Below are positions 1 through 8,404 of a stretch of DNA of 32,000 nt, one piece after another. A program made the position numbers and the translations under genes. The notes under the pieces are model-generated. The model was given only the letters and a program-made list of their open reading frames with translations, had not been told where the DNA came from and ran no database searches. Source of the DNA: Thermodesulfobacteriota bacterium (lineage in GTDB: Bacteria; Desulfobacterota; WTBG01; JAGOGO01); assembly GCA_026625185.1 (NCBI GenBank), contig CP113000.1, positions 1,395,622-1,427,621 on the forward strand, written 5' to 3'. Each line of letters opens with the position of its first letter. Position 1 is the stretch's first letter.

Positions 1-2
1 AG

Positions 3-443
3 TTACTCACTTTCAGTTGACCGCACCAGGCGATCTAAAATTAGGCCATGAAAACTTTCGTTACCGGAATAAAACCACCCCAGATGGATTAAACAACGGC
101 TGCAAACTGCCACCTTCCATTGAAACCCCTTAAACCAAGTAAATTCTTCGGTAGCAGGGCCTGGGTACCAGCAGCCTTTAGCTTTCCGAAAACAACCGAT
201 TTCAAAAAGGATGCCTTGGGGGTTTGCAAACGTGTGCTGGTGAAATCCGGAAACCTCGATCATTTCGGAAGTGCTGGTGATAATCTGTTGACACTGCCGA
301 CACAGGAGATAGTTTTCTCTGCCTGGTTCTTCCAGGGCTACCTTAACGGAAACTAAATTTTTTAGTTTTTCGAGGGGTTCTTTTTCCGCAGGCAATCGAA
401 AAAGATGGGGTGAATTAATGCATTCCATAATGGCTTTGGTCAA
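3..443 (-). CDS. CULT-domain (cereblon-like) small protein
   Basis: 146 aa, complete ORF with stop at 3-5. Has two CxxC pairs (CRQC, CSRC), an NPxG motif and the segment TWFKGFQWKVAVCSRCLIHLGWFY. This is colinear with the cereblon thalidomide-binding domain as I recall it ([24 protein letters not shown]), including the three cage Trp. Confidence 0.75.
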   Translation of the reverse strand: MTKAIMECINSPHLFRLPAEKEPLEKLKNLVSVKVALEEPGRENYLLCRQCQQIITSTSEMIEVSGFHQHTFANPQGILFEIGCFRKAKGCWYPGPATEEFTWFKGFQWKVAVCSRCLIHLGWFYSGNESFHGLILDRLVRSTESE

Positions 444-493
444 TTATAAAACCACATTTTTTTTTTAATTTTAGCATTCTAAAGTTCAAGATA

Positions 494-529
494 CTATTTT
501 GTTATTTCTTGTTTAAATGAACAAAACAG
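494..529. promoter_or_regulatory. Imperfect inverted repeat in divergent intergenic region (possible operator)
   Basis: CTATTTTGTT (494-503) and AACAAAACAG (520-529) are reverse complements at 9/10 positions with a 16-nt spacer. The repeat abuts a TTGACG -35-like hexamer. Confidence 0.25.
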
Positions 530-530
530 C

Positions 531-560
531 TTGACGCAGGTTTGAAGAAAGGGTGAAAAT
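531..560 (+). promoter_or_regulatory. Putative sigma70-type promoter for the MBL-fold hydrolase gene
   Basis: TTGACG (531-536), a 17-18 nt spacer, then an A/T-rich -10-like TGAAAAT (554-560), about 50 nt upstream of the ATG at 611. Pattern match only. Confidence 0.3.
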
Positions 561-610
561 TTTTAGTTATAAAAATACTCGCGCACTAATTAACCACGAA
601 GGAATTTTTC

Positions 611-1276
611 ATGCAAATATCGGATAATCTCCATGCGTTTTTGTGGAATTCTTCAGCCATCAATAATTGTAACACATATTTGATTGATGGGGCTACCCGC
701 GTGCTTATTGATCCCGGGCATCTTAATCTTTTTGAGCATGTACAAAAAGGTCTCACGATCTTAGGCATGGAAATTCCAGACATTGGTTTAGTAATAAACA
801 CCCATGCGCACCCCGACCACATTGAGGCAGTTCAATTATTTAATAAGAAGGAGGGACTAACCGCCATTTCTGAGGAGGAGTGGAGGTTTGTCAAAGAAAT
901 GAGAGATTTTATTGATTCGGTCTTTGGAATTAACATCGATGCAATTGCTCCCAAGTTTTTTCTCCAAGAAGGAGACTTGGTGGTAAATGGTCTTGAACTC
1001 AAAGTGTTTCACACACCCGGTCATTCACCCGGTTCCTTATCGGTTTACTCGCCTAAACAAAAAGTACTTTTTACGGGTGATTTAATTTTTAAAAATGGCA
1101 TCGGTAGAACCGATCTCCCTGGCGGGAATAGCACCCTCCTTAAAAAAAGTGTGGAAAGGTTACGAGAACTGGAAATAGAAATACTCCTTCCTGGGCATGG
1201 GGAGATTATCTCAGGAGCGAAGGAAATCAGGGCTAATTTTGATACGATCGAACGATTTTGGTTTCCCTTTCTCTAA
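611..1276 (+). CDS. MBL-fold metallo-hydrolase (glyoxalase II-like)
   Basis: 221 aa. Carries the HxHxDH motif (THAHPDH), then HTPGHSPG, then GDLIF..GIGRTD and LLPGHG, the typical metallo-beta-lactamase fold pattern. Confidence 0.85.
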   Translation: MQISDNLHAFLWNSSAINNCNTYLIDGATRVLIDPGHLNLFEHVQKGLTILGMEIPDIGLVINTHAHPDHIEAVQLFNKKEGLTAISEEEWRFVKEMRDFIDSVFGINIDAIAPKFFLQEGDLVVNGLELKVFHTPGHSPGSLSVYSPKQKVLFTGDLIFKNGIGRTDLPGGNSTLLKKSVERLRELEIEILLPGHGEIISGAKEIRANFDTIERFWFPFL

Positions 1277-1830
1277 TCCTGGGCAGTGAAGGAATTTTTT
1301 ATTAATCTTTCTTTCTCCTCGCTCAGCTGCATATAATACCTATCCTTAATCTCTTTCACGGCAGCTTGCCAGGCGTTATCACCTTCAACATTGGGTAACA
1401 CAGCAGAACCAGAAAGAAAGTGTTTTTTCTCTAAAACTTCTTTTAGCCGAGCAATAGTTTCTTGAGTTAGGTTTTGAAGACTTTCGTGGTAGTTTTTTAA
1501 GAGAAATTTAACCCGGCCCAGTTCTAACCCCCAAAAGCCTTCTAAAAAATCACCGAGTAAGTTAAAATTCTCGTCCAGATTAATACGTTTTATAGATTCA
1601 GAAAGGGCTAGACGCTGTGCTGTTTCACCGTAATTTTTTTTTAGAGCGTTAAAATTCTCCTCCACCTGGTCTTTTCTTAATTCTCGGTTCTGAAATTTTT
1701 TAAGCAGGCCCTCTACCTTGAGCTTGATTTCTCTATTTTTTTGTTCTTCCCGGTCCTTTTGGCTCAGTGTAATACCCCTGGTTTTTTCCATCACCAGATC
1801 CAAAGTGCTTTTAATTTCTGCCACGGCCAC
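1273..1830 (-). CDS. Hypothetical coiled-coil protein
   Basis: 185-aa ORF rich in K/E/L with heptad-like stretches. The track start is GTG; an internal ATG (MEKTRG, at 1791) is an alternative start. It converges on the MBL gene with a 4-nt overlap. No family recognised. Confidence 0.5.
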   Translation of the reverse strand: MAVAEIKSTLDLVMEKTRGITLSQKDREEQKNREIKLKVEGLLKKFQNRELRKDQVEENFNALKKNYGETAQRLALSESIKRINLDENFNLLGDFLEGFWGLELGRVKFLLKNYHESLQNLTQETIARLKEVLEKKHFLSGSAVLPNVEGDNAWQAAVKEIKDRYYMQLSEEKERLIKNSFTAQD

Positions 1831-2046
1831 TATCCTTACTAATGATTAGAGAGGTGATCATGAGCTTCCCTCATCCAAGGTTCGTGTGACATTAAAAAAA
1901 TATAATCCGTTAAATGAAAAATTTCGAACCTCAAAGAAGGAGTGATGACCCGAAAAGAATTAATCCGGCTTTTATCATAAAGGTAGCATTTAGGGTCCTC
2001 TTCATGATATTTTTGACAGTCTTCGTTGTTGTATAGGCTTAAAGTT

Positions 2047-2093
2047 AAAAAGGGTCCTTAAAAGCTGCTTCCGGCGCTTTTAAAGACCCTTTA
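2047..2093 (-). terminator. Rho-independent terminator downstream of the HU gene
   Basis: 17-bp stem with one mismatch: AAAGGGTCCTTAAAAGC (2049-2065) pairs with GCTTTTAAAGACCCTTT (2076-2092), 10-nt loop. On the minus-strand RNA the stem runs into a U tract. Confidence 0.6.
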
Positions 2094-2192
2094 ATTGTAA
2101 CACTGGAGTTTTAAGAGAAGAAATACCTTAGGTGAACCGGTTGGATATTTTGCAACCTATACACCTAAAACAAAGGATACATTGAGGTGGCT

Positions 2193-2462
2193 TTATACTG
2201 ATTTCTTCAGTGCAGCGCCGGCCTTAAATTTAACGACCTTTCTCGCTTTAATAGTTATCTCTTTCCCAGTTTGGGGATTCCGGCCTTTTCTCGCTTTGCG
2301 TTTAGCTACTGAAAAAGTGCCAAACCCAATCAAAGCAATTTTATCCCCTTTTTTAAGCGCTCCTGATACAGCTTTGGTAAAAGCAGTTAAAGCTTTTCCT
2401 GCGGCTGCCTTTGAAACAACCGCGTCTTTTGCCATCTTGTCAATCAATTCTGCTTTTGTCAT
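2193..2462 (-). CDS. hup: HU family DNA-binding protein
   Basis: 89 aa. [11 protein letters not shown]... [26 protein letters not shown] matches the classic HU/IHF arm signature. Confidence 0.9.
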   Translation of the reverse strand: MTKAELIDKMAKDAVVSKAAAGKALTAFTKAVSGALKKGDKIALIGFGTFSVAKRKARKGRNPQTGKEITIKARKVVKFKAGAALKKSV

Positions 2463-2574
2463 CCCTACCTCCTTTTATAAAGGTTAAGTTGTTTAAAAAT
2501 TAAGTAACACCTATTTCATTATCTTTTTCCCTTGATCTTTCACAGATACTATCTTTTCTACCTTTTATTCTCCT

Positions 2575-2904
2575 TTAATTTCTATCTCTATCACTATCCC
2601 CTCTCCACTCATTTTTTTCGTTTTCTCTTCCTTCATGATTATCGCTGCGATAATCTCGGGTATACCGTTTTTCTGCATCAGAATGCCATTTGTAGGGTTT
2701 ATCCATATTCATGTCTAAACTTACAACGCCGCTCTCTTTGTGCTGCAGTCCGTGAGGAAATGAACTGCCTCGTTTCCACTTTTTTTCTTCAGAATAGAAA
2801 TACAAGTTTCTGTCAATATCAAAATATAGAGAAAGGTAAGGATAATAACGGTAATGATATTTAAAAACTTTAGAAATATTAGCCTCTCCAATTGTTGGTG
2901 TCAA
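2575..2904 (-). CDS. Hypothetical Tyr-rich protein (possibly N-terminally truncated)
   Basis: 109-aa ORF with a TTG start. The pattern YYPYLSLYFDIDRNLYFYSEEKKW resembles small YYP..VYYD..R..YYY..G.W proteins I recall as secreted or lipoproteins. There is no signal peptide here, and an in-frame TGA lies 3 codons upstream of the start. Confidence 0.35.
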   Translation of the reverse strand: MTPTIGEANISKVFKYHYRYYPYLSLYFDIDRNLYFYSEEKKWKRGSSFPHGLQHKESGVVSLDMNMDKPYKWHSDAEKRYTRDYRSDNHEGRENEKNEWRGDSDRDRN

Positions 2905-3402
2905 GAAAAATCAGCATTGTTAACCGGTTTCGACACAAGAAAACACCGGTCAGCAGAGAAATCAAGGCCCTTGAAAGATAGAAGCAGTGGTCTTAGCATA
3001 GGAATGTTCCTTTGACGGGCAAAAAATACATCCCCTCTTTCTTGTTTGAGTGCAAAGAACGGTTTTTGGGCCGGTTATAATCACAAAAGAAATTTACCCA
3101 GTTAGAAAGGCCCGGTTAGAGATCAAATATCCGACCTGGTGAAGAAACATGGGGTAAATAAATTATTACAATTTTTCACATGGGGGTAAATGCCCAGTAT
3201 GAAATCTTTCTTACGGCGCTTAGTCGTGAAAAGAACTGTCGCATGAATAATGTTGTAATATCATTAGAAGTCTTTGGAAAATTTTCAACCAATCGATTTA
3301 TTAGTTTTTACTTAGGTAAATTGTACGACATAATCACCGGGAAAAGGTTATTATCCCTTCAAAAGCCGGTGAATTGCAAGAAGTTGGTGAGGTAGCAAGA
3401 GG

Positions 3403-4313
3403 TTAAGCGGGTAAATGTGGATACCACGGTACCGGAGAAGGCGATTGCGTTTCCCACGGATGCACGGTTTTAGTACAAGATGCTGCAGAGGTTAGTGAGG
3501 GTGGGGAAAGAAGCCGGTATAGGACTTCGGCAAAGCTACCGGCGATTAAGTAGGAAGGCATTGGCCAGGCAAGGGCGTTATGCCCATGCAAAGAAGAAGA
3601 AGGCAAAGAAAGAGACAAGGAAGTTGAAGACGTAGCCGGGGAGATTACTGCGGAAGATAGAAAGAAAAAGCGAGCAGGCCAACGAGAAAGTGCGCGAGTT
3701 GCTTGAACCGGCGAAGCGGTTGTACCGGCAGAAGCGAGTGGACAAGGGAAAACTTTACAGCATTTATGCACCGGAAGTGGCGTGCGTCTCGAAGGGCAAG
3801 GCGCACAAGCTTTACGAATTCGGCTGCAAGGTGAGGAGGTGACAACGTCAAAAGGGAATTGGATTTTGGGGATTGATGCAATTCATGTCAACCCCTTACG
3901 ATGGGCATACCCTGAAGGCCTCGATAGGGCAAGCAACGAAGATAGCCGGTTGGCAGCCGCAGGAAGCGTATTGCGACAAAGGGTATCGGGGAAGTGAACT
4001 AATCGAGGGAACAACGGTCAAGGTGACAAACCGTAAGAAAAAGAGCGTGAGCCGGTGGGAATGGAAATGGGTTAGTCGCCGTTCAGCGATTGAGGCGATC
4101 TTTGGGCACTTGAAATCAGACAACAAGCTGGAGCGCACCCATCTTAAAGGCAACGAGGGTGATCGAATCAATGCGATCTTAGCGGGCTGCGAGTTTAATA
4201 TGAGAAAGCTCATCCGGACTTTCTTTTTACTTATAATTTATTGGCTCACATTTGGTCGGGGCACCAAAATGAATAGCCACTTTTTCAAAAAAACAGTTAC
4301 CCCTGTTTCGTAA
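3403..4313 (+). pseudogene. IS5-family DDE transposase remnant (5'-truncated, with nonsense and frameshift mutations)
   Basis: Frame-0 translation gives VNVDTTVPEKAIAFPTDARF*YKML..GRYAHAKK..KLKT*PGRL..KLYSIYAPEVACVSKGKAHKLYEFGCKV, then NPYDGHTL..CDKGYRG..RRSAIEAIFGHLKSDNKLERTHLKGNEGDRINAILAGCEFNMRKL. In-frame stops: TAG 3471, TAG 3633, TGA 3840. The segment EEVTTSKGNWILGIDAIHVNP is read in another frame (~3830-3895). The N-terminal third of the protein is absent. Confidence 0.8.
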
Positions 4314-4461
4314 ATCGACTTTTTCAGGGGCTACTACAATATATTACTAGATTTCTTAAAATTTTGACCGGACACAACTGTTGTGATATGAGGTCCAACC
4401 ACAGGAAGAATAGTAAGCGGTGAGCGGTCTATTAGCGTTTGTAGGGGGGTATTTTTTACAC

Positions 4462-5562
4462 CTATTTTTTCACCGTAAATTTTTTTTCGAGTTTATTCAT
4501 TTTAGCCACGATACCCCCGTATTCCAGTTCCGAGTAGGGAAGCATGGCGGCGCCGAAAAATCCCTGCGCCCGAATTTCTGTAGCTTTTTCGGCGACTCGG
4601 CTTCGAACCCAATCCCAGTAGGGATGTTCAAAGGCATCAGCGGGGGTGGTAAGTTTTCCTTGATGGACGCAAAAGGCAAGGCAACTTACAACTGGAGGGC
4701 CATCAAAATAGGATACCGAAGAATTTTTGACCACCGGCATTAAAGGACCAATGTGAGAGCCACGCATAAAACCGGCAACGTAATGGCCAATGGAGAAAGG
4801 AGAGAGAACCTCACCCGTAGCGGGAAAGGCTCCTTGGACTCTTACGAGCATTACCGGGTCATCTTTGCCAGTATATTTTCCGGCAATATTGTGAAGGCGG
4901 GTAGTGCTCACCGACGTGGCAATATCACCTGTTTCCCGTGAATGGATAGACTCAATGACAAATCTTTCATTGTCACGGAGTAATGCCGCAATATCATAGA
5001 TTTCTTCAGGAGCATTAAGCTCTATCGTTTTATCCCCTTCAATGTGGGCGACATCCATGATGGTGAACTTAAACCCTTTGCTCATGCTCGGAGAAAGCAT
5101 TAAGCCTGAATTATGCATTGGGTCAGCAAAACCCAAATAAAGAGGCAGGTTATAAGCTCCTGGATCGGTTTTGTCTGCACAAAAAAGCAAAAAAGGTTCA
5201 TTAGGCCGTTCCTCAAATTCCATCTCGGCTACTGCCGGCCCCATTCCTTTGACATTGCCGGAAAAAGCGTCTTTGAGAAGATCTTGACCGGCACCATAAA
5301 GCCCTTGTTCTTTCGCTATTTCTGTGCCTGCCAGAAAAGCATCCCAAGCTAATTTATGAATTTTATCACTTCCTACTCCCTGTTGATGGCTGAAAAGAAT
5401 TGCAATGTCATCTCCGGTATGCCCAATATATAAATCATTGACCATTCCGTCTTGATTATCATTGAGGAATTCTCGAACCCGGTCAATAAGACGCTCACTG
5501 GGTTTTAGATGTCCGCCGATACTTCCAATATCCGCTTTGATTACACTTAAAGTGGTTTTCAT
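4462..5562 (-). CDS. fbp: Fructose-1,6-bisphosphate aldolase/phosphatase (class V, archaeal-type bifunctional FBPase)
   Basis: 366 aa. The N-terminus MKTTLSVIKADIGSIGGH, the length, and motifs such as GDDI..LFSH and YNLPLYL fit the FBPA/P family. SD AAGGAG lies upstream. Confidence 0.88.
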   Translation of the reverse strand: MKTTLSVIKADIGSIGGHLKPSERLIDRVREFLNDNQDGMVNDLYIGHTGDDIAILFSHQQGVGSDKIHKLAWDAFLAGTEIAKEQGLYGAGQDLLKDAFSGNVKGMGPAVAEMEFEERPNEPFLLFCADKTDPGAYNLPLYLGFADPMHNSGLMLSPSMSKGFKFTIMDVAHIEGDKTIELNAPEEIYDIAALLRDNERFVIESIHSRETGDIATSVSTTRLHNIAGKYTGKDDPVMLVRVQGAFPATGEVLSPFSIGHYVAGFMRGSHIGPLMPVVKNSSVSYFDGPPVVSCLAFCVHQGKLTTPADAFEHPYWDWVRSRVAEKATEIRAQGFFGAAMLPYSELEYGGIVAKMNKLEKKFTVKK

Positions 5563-5703
5563 AGGCGCAATCTCCTTTCTATGGTCATAAATTGGCCATT
5601 AGGTATGATAAAATATTTTCAACAATAACCAAAAAATCTCTCCAAGAAAATCATTTCTAAAGATAACAAACAAACTTACGACCCTATAAATAACGCGATA
5701 TTA

Positions 5704-7380
5704 TTAGGCGGCAGCAGTAAACCATTCTGGGACCGCTTTTGTCGTGGCTTTGACGATGTCTCGATCGAGTTCGCTAAAGGCACCGCGTGCAATCAGAGCT
5801 TCAACGGTCTTTTCAAGCACAATCATTTTACCGGCCGTGTGAATAATAGCCGGATAGTAATCGTTAACAAAAAACTGCTTAAGCCGAAAACGCTTAACGT
5901 CGTTACTCGCCATGGTTTTAATTTTCTCCTCGATTTTTGCCTTATCGAAGGCACGCAGCTCGGCTTTTGGCGATCGCATTTTCTCAGCGGTCACATTAAA
6001 CCCTTCGACACACTTAAAGGTGAGTTGCCAGTGTTCTATATTGCCGAGGGAATTAATCATGAGGGTATTGGTGGTTATAAGTCCCTGCTCGCGGTCAACT
6101 TTAACTCCCTCTAAGGGGGGGAAAAAATAATTATCAGAGATCGCGCAAAAAGCGCTGACTCCTCCTGCAAAAGGATTTTCCATAATGTCGCTGACGGTGA
6201 AAAACGGTTTCTGTTCAAACCGGGCATCTTGGAGTAATATAAGTTCCTCTTCAGTGTAATGAAACCGCTCATTCCACAATTCTTCCGGGGCAAGATCCTT
6301 GCGGGTCAGAGAACTCTGACTGGTAAGCATTCCGAGGCTTTGTCCTCCCCGCCAAACCAAAGGAAGGGACCCAACAACCCATTCTGCGCTCCCGCCGATC
6401 TCACCAATCATACTGTGTAAGCCACGTCCATCAGGAAAACAAAGACCAGCAAGTCCCATAACCAAGGCGGGAAAAAGATCACCATCCTTGTCAAAAGGAG
6501 TGGCGACCCCGAGCGCATTAAGTCTGTCCATAGTCGTATGATGACGCGGCCGGTCAAGAAAGTATGCAGTGATTTCGGAGAAATCTTTTTTCCCGCAGGC
6601 ATCAGCGATAATTTTGACTTCCTCCTGGAGATTTGTTTCCCTGGGGTTAAATTCGGGAAACATAGCGCCAGTCATCCAACGCTCCACGTAAATGTCGGGC
6701 AGGTGTCTTTTAAAGCCCGATTCAGTAATAAAAAGAGCTGTAAGCGAACTGTGACCTCCTTTGACCGTCTTGCCCGTGCCGTCAATGACATCCGATCCCA
6801 TGGAAAGTTTGCTCACTTCTTTATTCAACCCACGGCCATAGCGACTGCAGTGCTCATCTTTCCCAAAAAGCGCACCCACTGGAATGGTAGGGTTGCCACC
6901 GATTTCTATTCCGGGTTTTACTCGTACCCCCTCGGTGATGATACTCTCAACAATCACTTCTTCTCCCACATCAAAATTTTCAGTGGTTATTTGGAGCACT
7001 TCACTCATAACCTGTGCTGCCGTTCGATCGTTACGCCGTTTAAACTGATCAATAAGAGCTGGGGTCTGGAGGTCCTTGGGAACATTTTTCAAAGCTCCGA
7101 AACCGTCAATAGCAACCGCCACTGCCGGAAGGGCCGCCGCTAAAATCACTGTCTGACGGAGTTGTTTGCTCCTAAAAACACCAAGGTTGGATCGGCCATT
7201 GCCACGATCGTCAATCATGAAAATTGTGCCGTCAATAAGCTCAAGGCCATAAAAGGAAAGCACCTCTTGATGTCGTAAGTTAAAGGTGGATAACTTGTCT
7301 TTACTCATTGGAATCAACTCATGACGGCCGCTAAAAGCCAATCTCGCATCAGCAACATTGTAACGCAGGGGATTTATCAT
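5704..7380 (-). CDS. Divergent long-form GlpX-family (class II FBPase-like) protein
   Basis: 558 aa with a strong SD (TAGGAGG). Colinear by eye with E. coli GlpX motifs: SDVIDGT / VDPIEGT, PDIYVERWMTG / PDMYMEKLIVG, LDRPRHH / LAKPRHD, DKDGD / IPDGD, IGGSAEW / IGGAPEG. It has N- and C-terminal extensions absent from the 336-aa GlpX. Confidence 0.65.
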   Translation of the reverse strand: MINPLRYNVADARLAFSGRHELIPMSKDKLSTFNLRHQEVLSFYGLELIDGTIFMIDDRGNGRSNLGVFRSKQLRQTVILAAALPAVAVAIDGFGALKNVPKDLQTPALIDQFKRRNDRTAAQVMSEVLQITTENFDVGEEVIVESIITEGVRVKPGIEIGGNPTIPVGALFGKDEHCSRYGRGLNKEVSKLSMGSDVIDGTGKTVKGGHSSLTALFITESGFKRHLPDIYVERWMTGAMFPEFNPRETNLQEEVKIIADACGKKDFSEITAYFLDRPRHHTTMDRLNALGVATPFDKDGDLFPALVMGLAGLCFPDGRGLHSMIGEIGGSAEWVVGSLPLVWRGGQSLGMLTSQSSLTRKDLAPEELWNERFHYTEEELILLQDARFEQKPFFTVSDIMENPFAGGVSAFCAISDNYFFPPLEGVKVDREQGLITTNTLMINSLGNIEHWQLTFKCVEGFNVTAEKMRSPKAELRAFDKAKIEEKIKTMASNDVKRFRLKQFFVNDYYPAIIHTAGKMIVLEKTVEALIARGAFSELDRDIVKATTKAVPEWFTAAA

Positions 7381-7712
7381 GGAAGCACCTCCTAAGCTAT
7401 TTTCTCGGTAGAACCATCATGGAAATTTTTTCAATTTTTTCATCTTAAGAACACTAGGGAAGTTCAACTATTTCTTATTGTTACCAAATCAAAATTATCA
7501 CAATAAATCAAGTAAAAACACCTGTTTTTTATGAGACATCGTACAGAGTTAGCCACAAAAATAAAGCGGCTCTTTTTTTGCAAAAGTGTTATTGCAGGGG
7601 GAAAAAGGAGGCCCAAAATAAAAAATCAATTGAAGACTACCAGCACCCCTTAAAAGTCATACCAGCGAGGGGTCCAAATAAAGAAAGGGGTGGCTCTGGT
7701 TAGAAATAAAGA

Positions 7713-8120
7713 TTATTTGTTGGTAAGTAATTTTCGGAGAGCTTTGAGTTCTTTTAAGGTAGCATGTAAAATTTTTTTATAATCGTTTTCGTCAGGAATT
7801 GCTTCCAAATCTTTTTTTTCTTCCCGCGCTATTTCCTCTAATCGTTTTTTAGCCCCCGCAATTGTATATTGTTCCTCGTAAAGAAGTTTTTTTATCTCAA
7901 AAAGTATTTCTAAATCTTTCCTTCGATACAGCCGATGTCTGGATTTTGTCCGGATGGGCTTGATCACTTTAAATTCTGATTCCCAATACCGCAGAACGTA
8001 TGGTTCCAAGGAGGTTAGTTTGCTGACCTCGCTTATTCGGAAATAGAGTTTATCCGGGATTTTTCCTTCTTCTTTAGTTTTTTCTATGAAGTTTTCAAGA
8101 GGTAATAGTTTATCGTTCAT
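7713..8120 (-). CDS. MerR family transcriptional regulator
   Basis: 135 aa. The N-terminal HTH YFRISEVSKLTSLEPYVLRYWESEF is the MerR signature, followed by a coiled-coil tail. It overlaps the upstream ihfA stop by 11 nt. Confidence 0.8.
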   Translation of the reverse strand: MNDKLLPLENFIEKTKEEGKIPDKLYFRISEVSKLTSLEPYVLRYWESEFKVIKPIRTKSRHRLYRRKDLEILFEIKKLLYEEQYTIAGAKKRLEEIAREEKKDLEAIPDENDYKKILHATLKELKALRKLLTNK

Positions 8121-8397
8121 TGAGTGCCCTCTTCAGTATCGGACTTGATTTAAACGTTAATACTTTGCGAGCAGTTATCTGGATCTCGTCTCCTGTTTGG
8201 GGATTCCTTCCTCTTCGAGAGCGTTTTGTCCGGACCACAAAATTACCGAATCCGGAAATTTTTACTTTTTCTCCGTTTTCCAAAGTGTCTTTTAAAGTCT
8301 CCAGAACGAGTTCAACAATTCTTGAAGATTCTTCTTTGGATAAACCGACTTTTTCGTAAATACTTTCAATGATATCTGCTTTAGTCATTTTTTTCAC
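8110..8397 (-). CDS. ihfA: Integration host factor subunit alpha
   Basis: 95 aa. LSKEESSRIVELVLETLKDTLENGEKVKISGFGNF..R.GRNPQTGDEIQITARKVLTF is close to E. coli IhfA. Its position directly after pheT matches the classic pheST-himA arrangement. Confidence 0.85.
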   Translation of the reverse strand: MKKMTKADIIESIYEKVGLSKEESSRIVELVLETLKDTLENGEKVKISGFGNFVVRTKRSRRGRNPQTGDEIQITARKVLTFKSSPILKRALNER

Positions 8398-8404
8398 CTC
8401 TCCT

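Noticed and set aside
2925-2933. A 9-nt match (CGGTTTCGA) to the T-arm region of tRNA-Val, considered as a possible att-site duplicate marking an integrated island.
   Set aside because: A 9-mer match is expected by chance in 64 kb of two-strand sequence. It does not cover the tRNA 3' end, and no integrase is nearby.
3180-3395. ORFs 3180-3395 (+), 29992-30300 (+), 30221-30571 (+), 30377-30583 (-) and 15681-15998 (-) from the track.
   Set aside because: Their translations are low-complexity or AT-driven, they lack SD sequences, and several overlap better-supported genes (yeaQ, the 107-aa ORF). ORF 3180-3395 merely runs in frame into the IS remnant through a TAG.
6538-7143. Long antisense ORFs opposite confirmed genes: 6538-7143 (+), 14421-14924 (+), 17126-17554 (-), 26726-27103 (-), 28115-28501 (-), and many of 60-110 aa.
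   Set aside because: Each lies fully inside and opposite a gene with strong family signatures. They have low-complexity or Ser/Arg/Leu-rich translations, no SD and no recognisable motifs. They are typical shadow ORFs.
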